Part shown: positions 46,216 to 55,100 of the stretch, in pieces
Layout: each line of letters opens with the position of its first letter
How positions within the stretch are numbered: the first letter of the stretch is position 1
DNA from: Elusimicrobiota bacterium
GTDB lineage: Bacteria; Elusimicrobiota; Elusimicrobia; UBA1565
Length of the DNA stretch: 55,856 bases
Direction of reading: 5' to 3'
Assembly (NCBI GenBank): GCA_043819795.1
Contig: JBDREN010000155.1
Location: 1-55,856, forward strand
Notes under the pieces: generated by a model
Told to the model about the DNA's origin: nothing
The model's database searches: none
What the model saw: only the letters and a program-made list of their open reading frames with translations
Made by a program: the position numbers and the translations under genes

Positions 46216-47589
46216 ATGCTAACGGTCACGGACAAGTATACAGGCGAGCCCATCGGCGAAGTCCCCGTAGCCTCCCGGGCGGACGTGCGCGACGCCATCA
46301 CCCGGGCGGCCAAGGCGTTCGAGAGCTACAGCGAGACCCCCGCGCACAAGCGCGCGCGCATCCTCGAGAAGGCTTCCGCGCTCATCGCGCAGAGCCGCGA
46401 GGAGCTGGCCCTGCTGATCTCGCGGGAGGCCGGGAAGGCCTGGAAGTACTCCGCCGGGGAGGTCGACCGGGCGGCGGAGACCTTCAAGTTCGCGGCCGAG
46501 GAGGCCAAGCGGATCCACGGCGAGACCATCCCCATGGACGCGGCCATGGGGGGCGAGGGGAGGCTGGGCTTCTATCTGCGCACGCCCATCGGCGTCATCG
46601 CAGCCATCAGCCCGTTCAATTTCCCCTTGAACCTCGTCGCCCACAAGCTCGCTCCGGCTTTGGCCAGCGGGAACACCGTGGTCCTCAAGCCGGCCTCGAC
46701 CACGCCCCTGACGGCCGTGCGCCTGTGCGCGATCCTGCAGGAGGCCGGCCTGCCGGACGGGACTCTCAACCTGGTCTGCGGGAGCGGCTCGACGGTCGGC
46801 AACTGGCTCGTCGAGGACCCGGTGCCCGCCATGGTCACGTTCACCGGCAGCCCGCCGGTCGGCGAGGAGATCACGCGGCGGGCCGGGCTCAAGAAAATCG
46901 CCCTGGAGCTCGGCAACAACTCGGGCACGATCGTGGAGCCCGACTCCGACTGGAAGGGCGCCGCGGCCCGCTCGGTGATGAGCGCCTTCGCCAACTCGGG
47001 GCAGGTCTGCATCAGCCTGCAGAGGCTCTACGTCCACGAGAGCATCGCCGAGGGCTTCACCCGCGAGCTCGTGGCCGCCACCTCCAAGCTCAAGGTCGGC
47101 AACCCGGCGGACAAGGACTGCGACGTGGGCCCCATGATCACCGAGGCCGAGGCCGAGCGGGCGGAGTCCTGGATCCAGGAGGCCGTCAAGGAGGGCGCGC
47201 GGGTTTTGATCGGCGGCGGGCGCAAGGGGCCGGTGCTCGCTCCCACGGTGCTCACGGACGTGAAGCCCGATATGAAGGTCGTCTGCGACGAGGTCTTCGG
47301 CCCCGTCGTCTCGATCGTGACCTATTCCGACTTCGACGACGCGCTCCGGATGCTCGCCGATTCCCGCTACGGCCTCCAGGCCGGCGTGTACACCAGCGAC
47401 ATCGCCAAGGCGATGCGCGCCATCAAGCGCGTGGACGTCGGCGGACTCATGATCAACGACACGTCCATCTTCCGCGCCGACCACATGCCTTACGGCGGCA
47501 ACAGGAGGAGCGGGATCGGGCGCGAGGGCCTGCGCTTCGCCATCGAGGAGATGACCAACCTTCGCATGGTCGTCATCAAGCCGCGCTGA
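46216..47589 (+). CDS. NAD(P)-dependent aldehyde dehydrogenase
   Basis: SPFNFP, LKPAS.TP, FTGS, LELGNN, GQVCIS, EVFGP, PYGG..SG.GREG; alternative start 46192. Confidence 0.93.
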   Translation: MLTVTDKYTGEPIGEVPVASRADVRDAITRAAKAFESYSETPAHKRARILEKASALIAQSREELALLISREAGKAWKYSAGEVDRAAETFKFAAEEAKRIHGETIPMDAAMGGEGRLGFYLRTPIGVIAAISPFNFPLNLVAHKLAPALASGNTVVLKPASTTPLTAVRLCAILQEAGLPDGTLNLVCGSGSTVGNWLVEDPVPAMVTFTGSPPVGEEITRRAGLKKIALELGNNSGTIVEPDSDWKGAAARSVMSAFANSGQVCISLQRLYVHESIAEGFTRELVAATSKLKVGNPADKDCDVGPMITEAEAERAESWIQEAVKEGARVLIGGGRKGPVLAPTVLTDVKPDMKVVCDEVFGPVVSIVTYSDFDDALRMLADSRYGLQAGVYTSDIAKAMRAIKRVDVGGLMINDTSIFRADHMPYGGNRRSGIGREGLRFAIEEMTNLRMVVIKPR

Positions 47590-47624
47590 GCCCGCGTCCC
47601 GGGAGGCGCCGCGCGTCCGGGGCG

Positions 47625-48584
47625 TCAGATCGGGTCTTCGTGGGACCTCGAAGGTCCTTCACCGCACCTGAGGTGGAGCAGGAACGCCTCCGCGTCGGCC
47701 GGGATGAAGCGCTCCGTCTCGGGGGCGGTCAGCGGCGGAGCATCCGACTCGATCGCTCTTTCCAGCAGCCTGCGGAACCTCCCTCTCATGAGCGGGTCCC
47801 GCATGAGGGTATCGGGCTTGACGCTTCGCGCGGGGAGGCCCGCTTTCCGCAGCTCATGCGCCCAGTGCCGGGCCTTCAGGCCGAGGATGCTCGCCTGCAG
47901 GGAGTCAATGCGTTCGGCCGCTCCGTCGCAGCTGTCCGCGGCGGCGGCCGCGCGGAGCGGGGCGTCCTCTCCTTCGAAGGAGAATACGGCCGGCGCGCCG
48001 GGCAGAAACCGCGAGGACCGCTCCGCGCCGGGCTGACGGCCGTCGACGTAGGCCAACCTCGCGGCACGGGGAACGGAGGCTTCGCGGGGACGGGCGCGCG
48101 CGGGGTCCTCGAGGAGACGTTTCCTCAAACGGACGTTCCGCGCTCCCAGCACCACTCCCGTTTCGATGTCCACGAGCCGGGCGTTGACTTCGATGGCGTC
48201 TTTCAGTATTGAGAAGGAGCCGGTGACCACGGCCTTGACCTCGAGCACCCGGCCGATGCGGCCGCGCTTGCGCGTGTCCAAGGCGCCGGTCAGGCGCAGG
48301 GAGTGCTCCCTGAGGATCGCCGGCAGCAAAGTGCGCTCGATCACCTCCATCTTCCCGTAGTACGCGATCCAGGTCGTCAGCCGCTCCGACAGGGCGAGCC
48401 CTTCCGAAGCGGCGGAGCCGTCGAGCGGGACGAAGGGAAGGACCGCCAAGCGTTCGATCCCGGCTTTGGCGCCCGCCCGAGACAGATGCTTCGCCAGCGA
48501 TTTGCAGCCGTCCGCGGCGCATGCGCGGCCGGGCAGTCCCAAGCCGAGCGTGACGGTCCAAAGGCATATCCGGGATGCGGTCAT
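47625..48584 (-). CDS. Exported FlgO/CsgG-like domain protein
   Basis: Signal-like N-terminus; LAVLPF, EVIER...ILRE, IGRVL.V.AVVTGS, VNARLVDIETG. Confidence 0.7.
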   Translation of the reverse strand: MTASRICLWTVTLGLGLPGRACAADGCKSLAKHLSRAGAKAGIERLAVLPFVPLDGSAASEGLALSERLTTWIAYYGKMEVIERTLLPAILREHSLRLTGALDTRKRGRIGRVLEVKAVVTGSFSILKDAIEVNARLVDIETGVVLGARNVRLRKRLLEDPARARPREASVPRAARLAYVDGRQPGAERSSRFLPGAPAVFSFEGEDAPLRAAAAADSCDGAAERIDSLQASILGLKARHWAHELRKAGLPARSVKPDTLMRDPLMRGRFRRLLERAIESDAPPLTAPETERFIPADAEAFLLHLRCGEGPSRSHEDPI

Positions 48585-48786
48585 GGTGTCTCATGACAAT
48601 CATAGCCCGCGAGCCTCCGAATGCGGTCAAGACGGGCTCAACTTTACCTCAACTCAGCGATGGGCGAGCGGCCGGAGATCCCGCCGAAGACCGAAGCACC
48701 TTCTCCACGATAGGCCGAAAGACGAGGGGAAAATGGGCCGTTGGGCCTAAGCAGGGACCGCCGGACCGTTGCTATACTTGAGGCCC

Positions 48787-50685
48787 GTGGCGGCCAAGAA
48801 CCACTTCGGTCTCGCTTTTCGTTGCGCGCTGGCGCTGCTGATCGCGGCGTCGCCTCTGTGCGTTCATCTGTCGCACGCGGCGGCCATCGGCCGCGTGGCT
48901 CCCCTCCAAAGCGCCCCGCCCGTCGGCGCCCGGTCCGCCGCGGCGGGAGCGGCCGTTTCCGGCGCGCGGCCTTCGAGCCTCCGGCTTCCCTTGAGCGGGG
49001 CCGTCGCTTTGACCTCGGTCCTTCCGGGGGTGTCGTCCCTGGCTCCGTCCGCCCGGGCCCTTCCCGAGGGCGGCCGGCACGGCTCCCCTGCCGGGGTCGA
49101 CGCCGCACCTGCCGCCGACGCCTTTCCCGAGGGCGTCCGGCACGGCTCCCCTGCCGGGGTCGACGCCGCACCTGCCGCCGACGCCTTTCCCGAGGGCGTC
49201 CGGCACGGCTCCCCTGCCGGGGTCGACGCCGCATCGTCCGCGGTCGAGGCACGCGCGGCCCCGCACCGTTCCGGCCTCGAGCGGACGGACATCGCTGCGG
49301 CGCGGAGGATGTCTTTCGGCCGACTCAAGGAGCTGGCCGCGTCCAAGGCATCCGGGCCGCTGTGGGAGAACACCAAGAAGCTTCCGGGGCTCGAGGCTTC
49401 GGGCGCCGCCGCGGCAACGCCCTCGCCCACCCCGGCCGGCACGGCCGCCCTCCGGGCTGGAGGCCGCGCTCCCGCGCTCAAGGCGCGCGCGGTCCTGGCC
49501 GGCATCCGGGACCAGCTGTTCCTCGACCTGCGGAGGTACGACCGGCGGCAGGACACCGAGAGCTTCGATTGGCGGCCGGTCTCGGAGCCCCGGCACCGGG
49601 ACCAGGTCCGGATACCGGAGAGGGGCTGGAAGCTCCAGGCCAGGGACGCGTACCTGTATCTCAGGATATACTTAAGGTCCTTGCTGTGGCGGAGCACGAC
49701 CCGGCTGTACTACCGTTGGGAGCAGGTGAAGACCGGAGCCCGCGAGCGCCGGGGCGCCAAGCGCGCGGTCCGGAGGCTCCTCCCCTTCCTGCTGGCCAAC
49801 CTCGTCATGGGATCCACCGGGCGCGTCGAGACGTTCGGTCTCCGTACGGCGCACAACCGGATCGTGGTGGCCGACGCCTGGTCCGTATTCAATAGGTACT
49901 TCCGGACGGATCAGGCCGCCACCGGCGCGTTCTCGCGCCTCATCCTGCGCGCCCGCCACTACAACCCGAACCGCCGCCTGACCCAGTTCCGCAAGATCCT
50001 CGTCACCGCGCTGCGGGAGGCGTCGGTCCGGAGCCCCGCCGAGCTGCCCGCGTATTTCGACAGCCTCGTCACGACGGAGGCGGGCCAGGAGCTCATCGAG
50101 TTCCAGAAGGACGGACAGCGGCGGACTTTGGAGGTCTTCGACCGGGCCGTGCGCGAGTCGATCCTGGCGGTCAACAAGGGGCTTCCGGCGGGCCGGCGCG
50201 TCGTCGGTGCGGTGCTCATGGGGAGCTTCGCCAACGGGGGCGCCGGGCCGAACAGCGACCTGGACATCGAGATCGTGACAGAGAACGGCAGCACCGTCCA
50301 CCTCAAGGCGTTCTACGACGGCCTCAAGGCGCGCTGGAAGGCCGCGGGCATGAGCCGCCATCCCATCGGCGACTTCGAGTACGCCCTGCCGGTCTCCAAG
50401 AGCCTCATCTCCCGCATGCACCAGGAGCCGTACATCGTCTTCTCGCCGTATCCCGAGGTCATCGAGGCCCTGCAGCGCTCGCCCGCGGAGGAGCGCGCGC
50501 GCAAGGTCCGGCGGGTGCGCAAATGGACCGGACGGCTTTCCCACGCGCTCCTCATCTCCGTATGGCTGCTCAGCCTCGCGGTCTACGAAGCGTGCAAGCT
50601 CTTTTCCCGCAAGTTCGGGCCTTCGCGGAAGATAGGCGAAGTCTCCCCTCGTTTCGACTCGCACGGACCGTTCCTTTCCACGTAG
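48787..50685 (+). CDS. Signal-peptide-bearing protein with C-terminal nucleotidyltransferase (pol-beta-like) domain
   Basis: GTG 8 nt after TGC-TATACT; h-region CALALLIAASPLCVHLSHA; GSFANG...SDLDI motif; C-terminal hydrophobic helix. Confidence 0.7.
   Translation: MAAKNHFGLAFRCALALLIAASPLCVHLSHAAAIGRVAPLQSAPPVGARSAAAGAAVSGARPSSLRLPLSGAVALTSVLPGVSSLAPSARALPEGGRHGSPAGVDAAPAADAFPEGVRHGSPAGVDAAPAADAFPEGVRHGSPAGVDAASSAVEARAAPHRSGLERTDIAAARRMSFGRLKELAASKASGPLWENTKKLPGLEASGAAAATPSPTPAGTAALRAGGRAPALKARAVLAGIRDQLFLDLRRYDRRQDTESFDWRPVSEPRHRDQVRIPERGWKLQARDAYLYLRIYLRSLLWRSTTRLYYRWEQVKTGARERRGAKRAVRRLLPFLLANLVMGSTGRVETFGLRTAHNRIVVADAWSVFNRYFRTDQAATGAFSRLILRARHYNPNRRLTQFRKILVTALREASVRSPAELPAYFDSLVTTEAGQELIEFQKDGQRRTLEVFDRAVRESILAVNKGLPAGRRVVGAVLMGSFANGGAGPNSDLDIEIVTENGSTVHLKAFYDGLKARWKAAGMSRHPIGDFEYALPVSKSLISRMHQEPYIVFSPYPEVIEALQRSPAEERARKVRRVRKWTGRLSHALLISVWLLSLAVYEACKLFSRKFGPSRKIGEVSPRFDSHGPFLST
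49057..49233 (+). repeat. 63-bp intragenic repeat, ~2.8 near-perfect tandem units
   Basis: Unit CCCGAGGGCGTCCGGCACGGCTCCCCTGCCGGGGTCGACGCCGCACCTGCCGCCGACGCCTTT; read [21 protein letters not shown]. Confidence 0.95.
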
Positions 50686-50777
50686 CCGCTGAGGCGGGGG
50701 GCCGTTGAGGCCGCCGCGGCCGCCTCGGAACGGCCGAAGCGCCCGGACGCTTTCTTGCGGGGGGCGCCTTCTCGCGC

Positions 50778-51786
50778 TCAGAGCCCCGCGATCGAGTTCC
50801 GCGCGAACTCGATGAGCTGGTCGGCCTCCTCCTCGGAGAGCTTCTTGCCGCGTTGGGCTTCGATCTGGTTGATGAAGGCCTCCAGGATGTTCGCGGCGCT
50901 TTTTCCGTTGCCCTTGATGCTCCCGAGCTGCTCAACGGAGTCTATGCAGCCGTCCTGGTCCGCGTCGCGGCCGGAGGCGTCCTCTAGGGGGCAGGCGTCG
51001 GCCTCGTTCTCGACCCCGTCGCCGTCCAGGTCCGGGTCGCACAAGTCGCCGAGCCCGTCGGCGTCCTGGTCGGCCTGGTCCGGGTTGGGTATGAGCGGGC
51101 AGTTGTCCGTGTCGTCGGGCACGCCGTCGTCGTCGGCGTCGGGGTTGCAGGCGTCGCCCGCCCCGTCGCCGTCGTTGTCGGCCTGGTCCGGGTTGGGCGC
51201 GAGCGGGCAGTTGTCCGTGTTGTCGGGCACGCAGTCGTCGTCGTCGGGGTTGCAGGCGTCGCCCGCCCCGTCGCTGTCGTTGTCCTCCTGGCCGGGGTTA
51301 TGGAGGGCGGGACAGTTGTCGGTCCCGGCGCAGGGTCCCGGGCCTCCCGGAGGCGGAGCGGCGGTGCAGATGCCGTCGTGGTCGGGATCCACCTGGGCGG
51401 ACGAGCAGCCCAGAGGGCCCACCGCGTCGCCTGCGGCCGTATCCGGGCACGCGTCGTCCGGGTCCGAGACGTCGTCGCCGTCGGCGTCCTGCGAGCCCGG
51501 CTCGGAATACTTGACGATCAGCCAGTCGTAGTTGAGCGACCAGCCCGGGCCCACGCTGTAGCCGGCCGCGACGATGTGCCTGGTGGCGCCCTCCTCAATA
51601 GAGAGCCAGGGACCGGGTCCCGTCCCAGCTGTTGACGGCGGGGTTGTTGTAGACATCGGCCCAGACCAGGTTGCCGTCGGCGTCGAATTTGGCCGTGGCC
51701 GCGTCGAAGCCGGTCCCGCTGATCTCCCCGTCAAGCACCCAGGCGTGAAAAGTCCCCGCCGAAGGGACCGCGCGGTCGTAGCTCAA
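50778..51786 (-). pseudogene. Frameshifted, 5'-truncated beta-propeller/thrombospondin type-3/FIMAH-like protein
   Basis: Frame 51595..51786 (KFDADGNLVW...WDGTRSLAL) continues logically into frame 50778.. (IEEGATRHIVAAGYS...DWLIVKY, DNCP..PNPDQAD repeats, AFINQIEAQRGKKL); shift near 51600. Confidence 0.7.
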
Positions 51787-52020
51787 ATGCGGTAGGCGCG
51801 GGGAGAACTTGACTCCAGAGTAAGCCTTTTCGCTGACAAAGAATAAAGCGCTTGTCCTATAATCCCTTTTTCTTCATGAATGTCAACGGCTGTCCTTGAC
51901 TTGTCAGCTTGTGGAGGGCTACCATTTATTGGAAGCCCAGTTGCTTATGGCCCGAGGAAGGGTTGTCTCTTCCCGCAGGGTGTTCGTTGCGCTCGGAAGA
52001 TGCCACAGTATGATGGGCCA

Positions 52021-52139
52021 CATAAACCTTGATGAGAAGCACACGGGAAAGCGGAGTGCGGAAAATCCGCATGCTCCGCTTGACGAGGCGGGGACTGGAA
52101 ACGGAGCCACATGGCCACCGCGCCAGTCCCCAACTCTAC
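52021..52139 (+). mobile_element. Group II intron 3' remnant (domains V and VI), no RT ORF
   Basis: DV AAGCGGAGTGCGGAAAATCCGCATGCTCCGCTT (52049-52081) with AGC triad; DVI GGGGACTGG...CCAGTCCCC followed by AACTCTAC 3' end. Confidence 0.8.
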
Positions 52140-52173
52140 CTGTGAGGGGCAATAAAATCTGGAGGTAAGAACA

Positions 52174-55100
52174 ATGTCTACTCGACGAACGAAACGGTTT
52201 AAAACGAATCCCGCGTTTTTTGCAGGCGCAGTGATGAGCGCGTTGTTGACTTTGGGGCTTGCAGCCGGAGTTGTGGCTCAAGATATGGATGGCGACGGGG
52301 TCGCGGACTCGGTGGACAACTGCGTGAACGTCCCCAATCTGGATCAGGCCGACTCGGACAAAAACGCGGAGGGGTCCTTTTACGACGAGGATACTTTCGA
52401 GGAGGGCTCCGGCAGTCCTGACGAATGGAGTGCTAGGGGTGGTCCTTTCATCACGTCGGAGACCGCCTACAGTGGGACGTATTCGCTCTGGATGCCCTAC
52501 GGCACGGGCGGGAACTTCGAGGGGGAGGGCGGACTTGAGCCGGGGCAGACCAGCGCGGGCTACGCGACGGCGGAGTACCCGTATATGTGCATGGCGTACA
52601 AGATCCCACCGGCCACAAGGGCCAACATGCTTGTCCTTACCTCCGAGGCGGGCTGGAGATCGATCACCATGACCCAAGGGGAGTTCCCCTGCGGCTATCC
52701 AAAGGTCGCGAGCTGGAATATGGGCCTTGACGGCGGTCCGGACCCGCTTGTTGCCGACGGCAGGTGGCATTACAAGTGTATCGATCTGGACGCCCAGTTC
52801 GACGCCTCGTTGGGGGAGGGCCTCCACCGGATCAACGGTGTTATCTGGTACGACGGAGGCTGCCAGTCCGGGATAAGCGGCGAGTTCTGGATCGACGAGT
52901 TCCGGATCTCGGATATCCCCTACTCCGAAGGCGGGGTAGGGGACGTGTGCGACAATTGTCCCGCCATTTCCAACAGGGACCAGGCGGATGGCGATGGGGA
53001 TGGCGCGGGGGATGCCTGCGACGACGATGACGACAACGATGGCTGCCCGGACATGGGTGATGCTGAGCCGCTGGTGCCCGGCCCCGATCCCGACAACGAC
53101 GGGGTGGCGGACAATTGCGACAACTGTCCGGATGATCCCAATCCGGATCAGGCCGACTGGGACTCCGACGGGGTCGGAGACCTTTGCGACAACTGTGTTT
53201 ACGCAGCCAACGCCGACCAGGATCCCAACGCCTGCACAGACAGCGACGGCGACGGGGTCGCAAACCTGGCCGACAACTGCGTGAACGTCCCCAATCCGGA
53301 TCAGGCCGACTCGGACGGAACAGTGGGAGCCTCCTTTTACGACGAAGATGCTTTCGAGGAGGGTCCCGGCAGCCTTGACGACTGGACTGGGAGGAACGGC
53401 GTGGATCCTATCATCACGTCGGAGACCGCCTACGGCGGGATGTTTTCGCTCTACATGCCGTCCGGCTGGGGGAGGAACTTCGAGGGGGAGGCCGGACTTG
53501 AGGCGGGTCAGACCAGCGCGGGCTACGCGACGGCGGAGTATCCGTACATGTGCATGGCCTACAAGATCCCATCGGGCACAAGCGCCAACATGCTTGTCCT
53601 TACCTCCGAGGCGGGCTGGAGATCGATCACCATGACCCAAGGGGAGTTCCCCTGCGGCTACCCAAAGGTCGCGAGCTGGAATATGGGCCTTGACGGCGGT
53701 CCGGACCCGCTTGTTGCCGACGGCGGTTGGCATTACAAGTGCATTGATCTGGACGCCCAGCTCGACGCCTCGTTGGGGGAGGGCCCCCACCAGATCAACG
53801 CCGTCATCTGGCACGACGGAGGCTGCCAGTCCGGGATAAGCGGCGAGTTCTGGATCGACGAGTTTCGGATCGCGGATATCGCCCACTTTTTCGAGGACGG
53901 GGGGGATGCGTGCGACAATTGTCCGGCTGTTCCCAACGCGGACCAGGCGGACGGCGATGGAGACGGGCTAGGGGACGCCTGCGACAACTGCCCCGCTATG
54001 GACAACCCCGATCAAGCGGACTCGGATTCCGACGGGGTCGGAGACCTTTGCGACAACTGCGTTTACGCAGCCAACGCCGACCAGGACCCCGGCGCCTGCA
54101 CGGACAGCGACGGCGACGGGTTCGTAGACCTGGAGGACAACTGCGCCAACGTCCCCAATCCGGATCAGGCCGACTCGGACGGAACAGTGGGAGCCTCCTT
54201 TTACGACGAAGATGCTTTCGAGGAGGGTCCCGGCAGCCTTGACGACTGGACTGGGAGGAACGGCGTGGATCCTGTCATCACGTCGGAGACCGCCTACAGC
54301 GGGATGTTTTCGCTCTACATGCCGTCCGGCTGGGGGAGGAACTTCGAGGGGGAGGCCGGACTTGAGGCGGGTCAGACCAGCGCGGGCTACGCGACGGCGG
54401 AGTATCCGTACATGTGCATGGCGTACAAGATCCCATCGGGCACAAGCGCCAACATGCTTGTACATATGTCCGGGGAGGGCTGGAAATCGGTCACCATGAC
54501 CCAAGGGGAGGCCCCCTGCCACTACGTGAGGGTCGCGAGCTGGAATATGGGCCTGGACGGCCATCCCGACCCGCTTGTCACCGACGGCGAGTGGCATTAC
54601 AAGTGCATCGCTCTGGACGCCCAGCTCGACGCCTCGTTGGGGGAGGGCCCCCACCAGATCAACGCCGTCATCTGGCACGAGGGCGGCTGCCAGTCCGGCA
54701 TAAGCGGCGAGTTCTGGATCGACGAGTTCCGGATCTCGGATATGGCCTACTTTGCGGATGACGGTGGTGATGCGTGCGACAATTGTCCGGCTGTCCCCAA
54801 CGCGGACCAGGCGGACGCTGACGGCGACGGGGTGGGCGACGCCTGCGACAATTGCGAGCTATACAACCCCGACCAGGCGGATGAGAACAACAACGGCACA
54901 GGCGACGTCTGCGAGAACCAGCCCCCTGAGGCGAACGCGGGCGCGAACCAGACGCTCGAGGCGGGGCCGGGTTGCAGCGCCACGGCCACCTTGGACGGAA
55001 GCGGCTCCTCGGACCCGGACGGCGACGCTCTCACCTATACGTGGACGGGCGAGTTCGGCACGCAGAGCGGTCCCGACCCGCAGCTCACCGTGAGCCTGGG

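Noticed and set aside
46216..47589. Second aldehyde dehydrogenase as BMC cargo
   Set aside because: Non-acylating ALDH type, no encapsulation-peptide-like extension, 10 kb from the locus
49057..49233. Tandem 63-bp (also 25924-26117) and 60-bp (35248-35440) repeats as CRISPR arrays
   Set aside because: Units are contiguous with no unique spacers, lie inside ORFs, and no cas genes are present
51896..52168. 90-aa ORF upstream of the TSP3 gene
   Set aside because: Its 3' half is simply the translation of intron domains V-VI; no RT/maturase motifs
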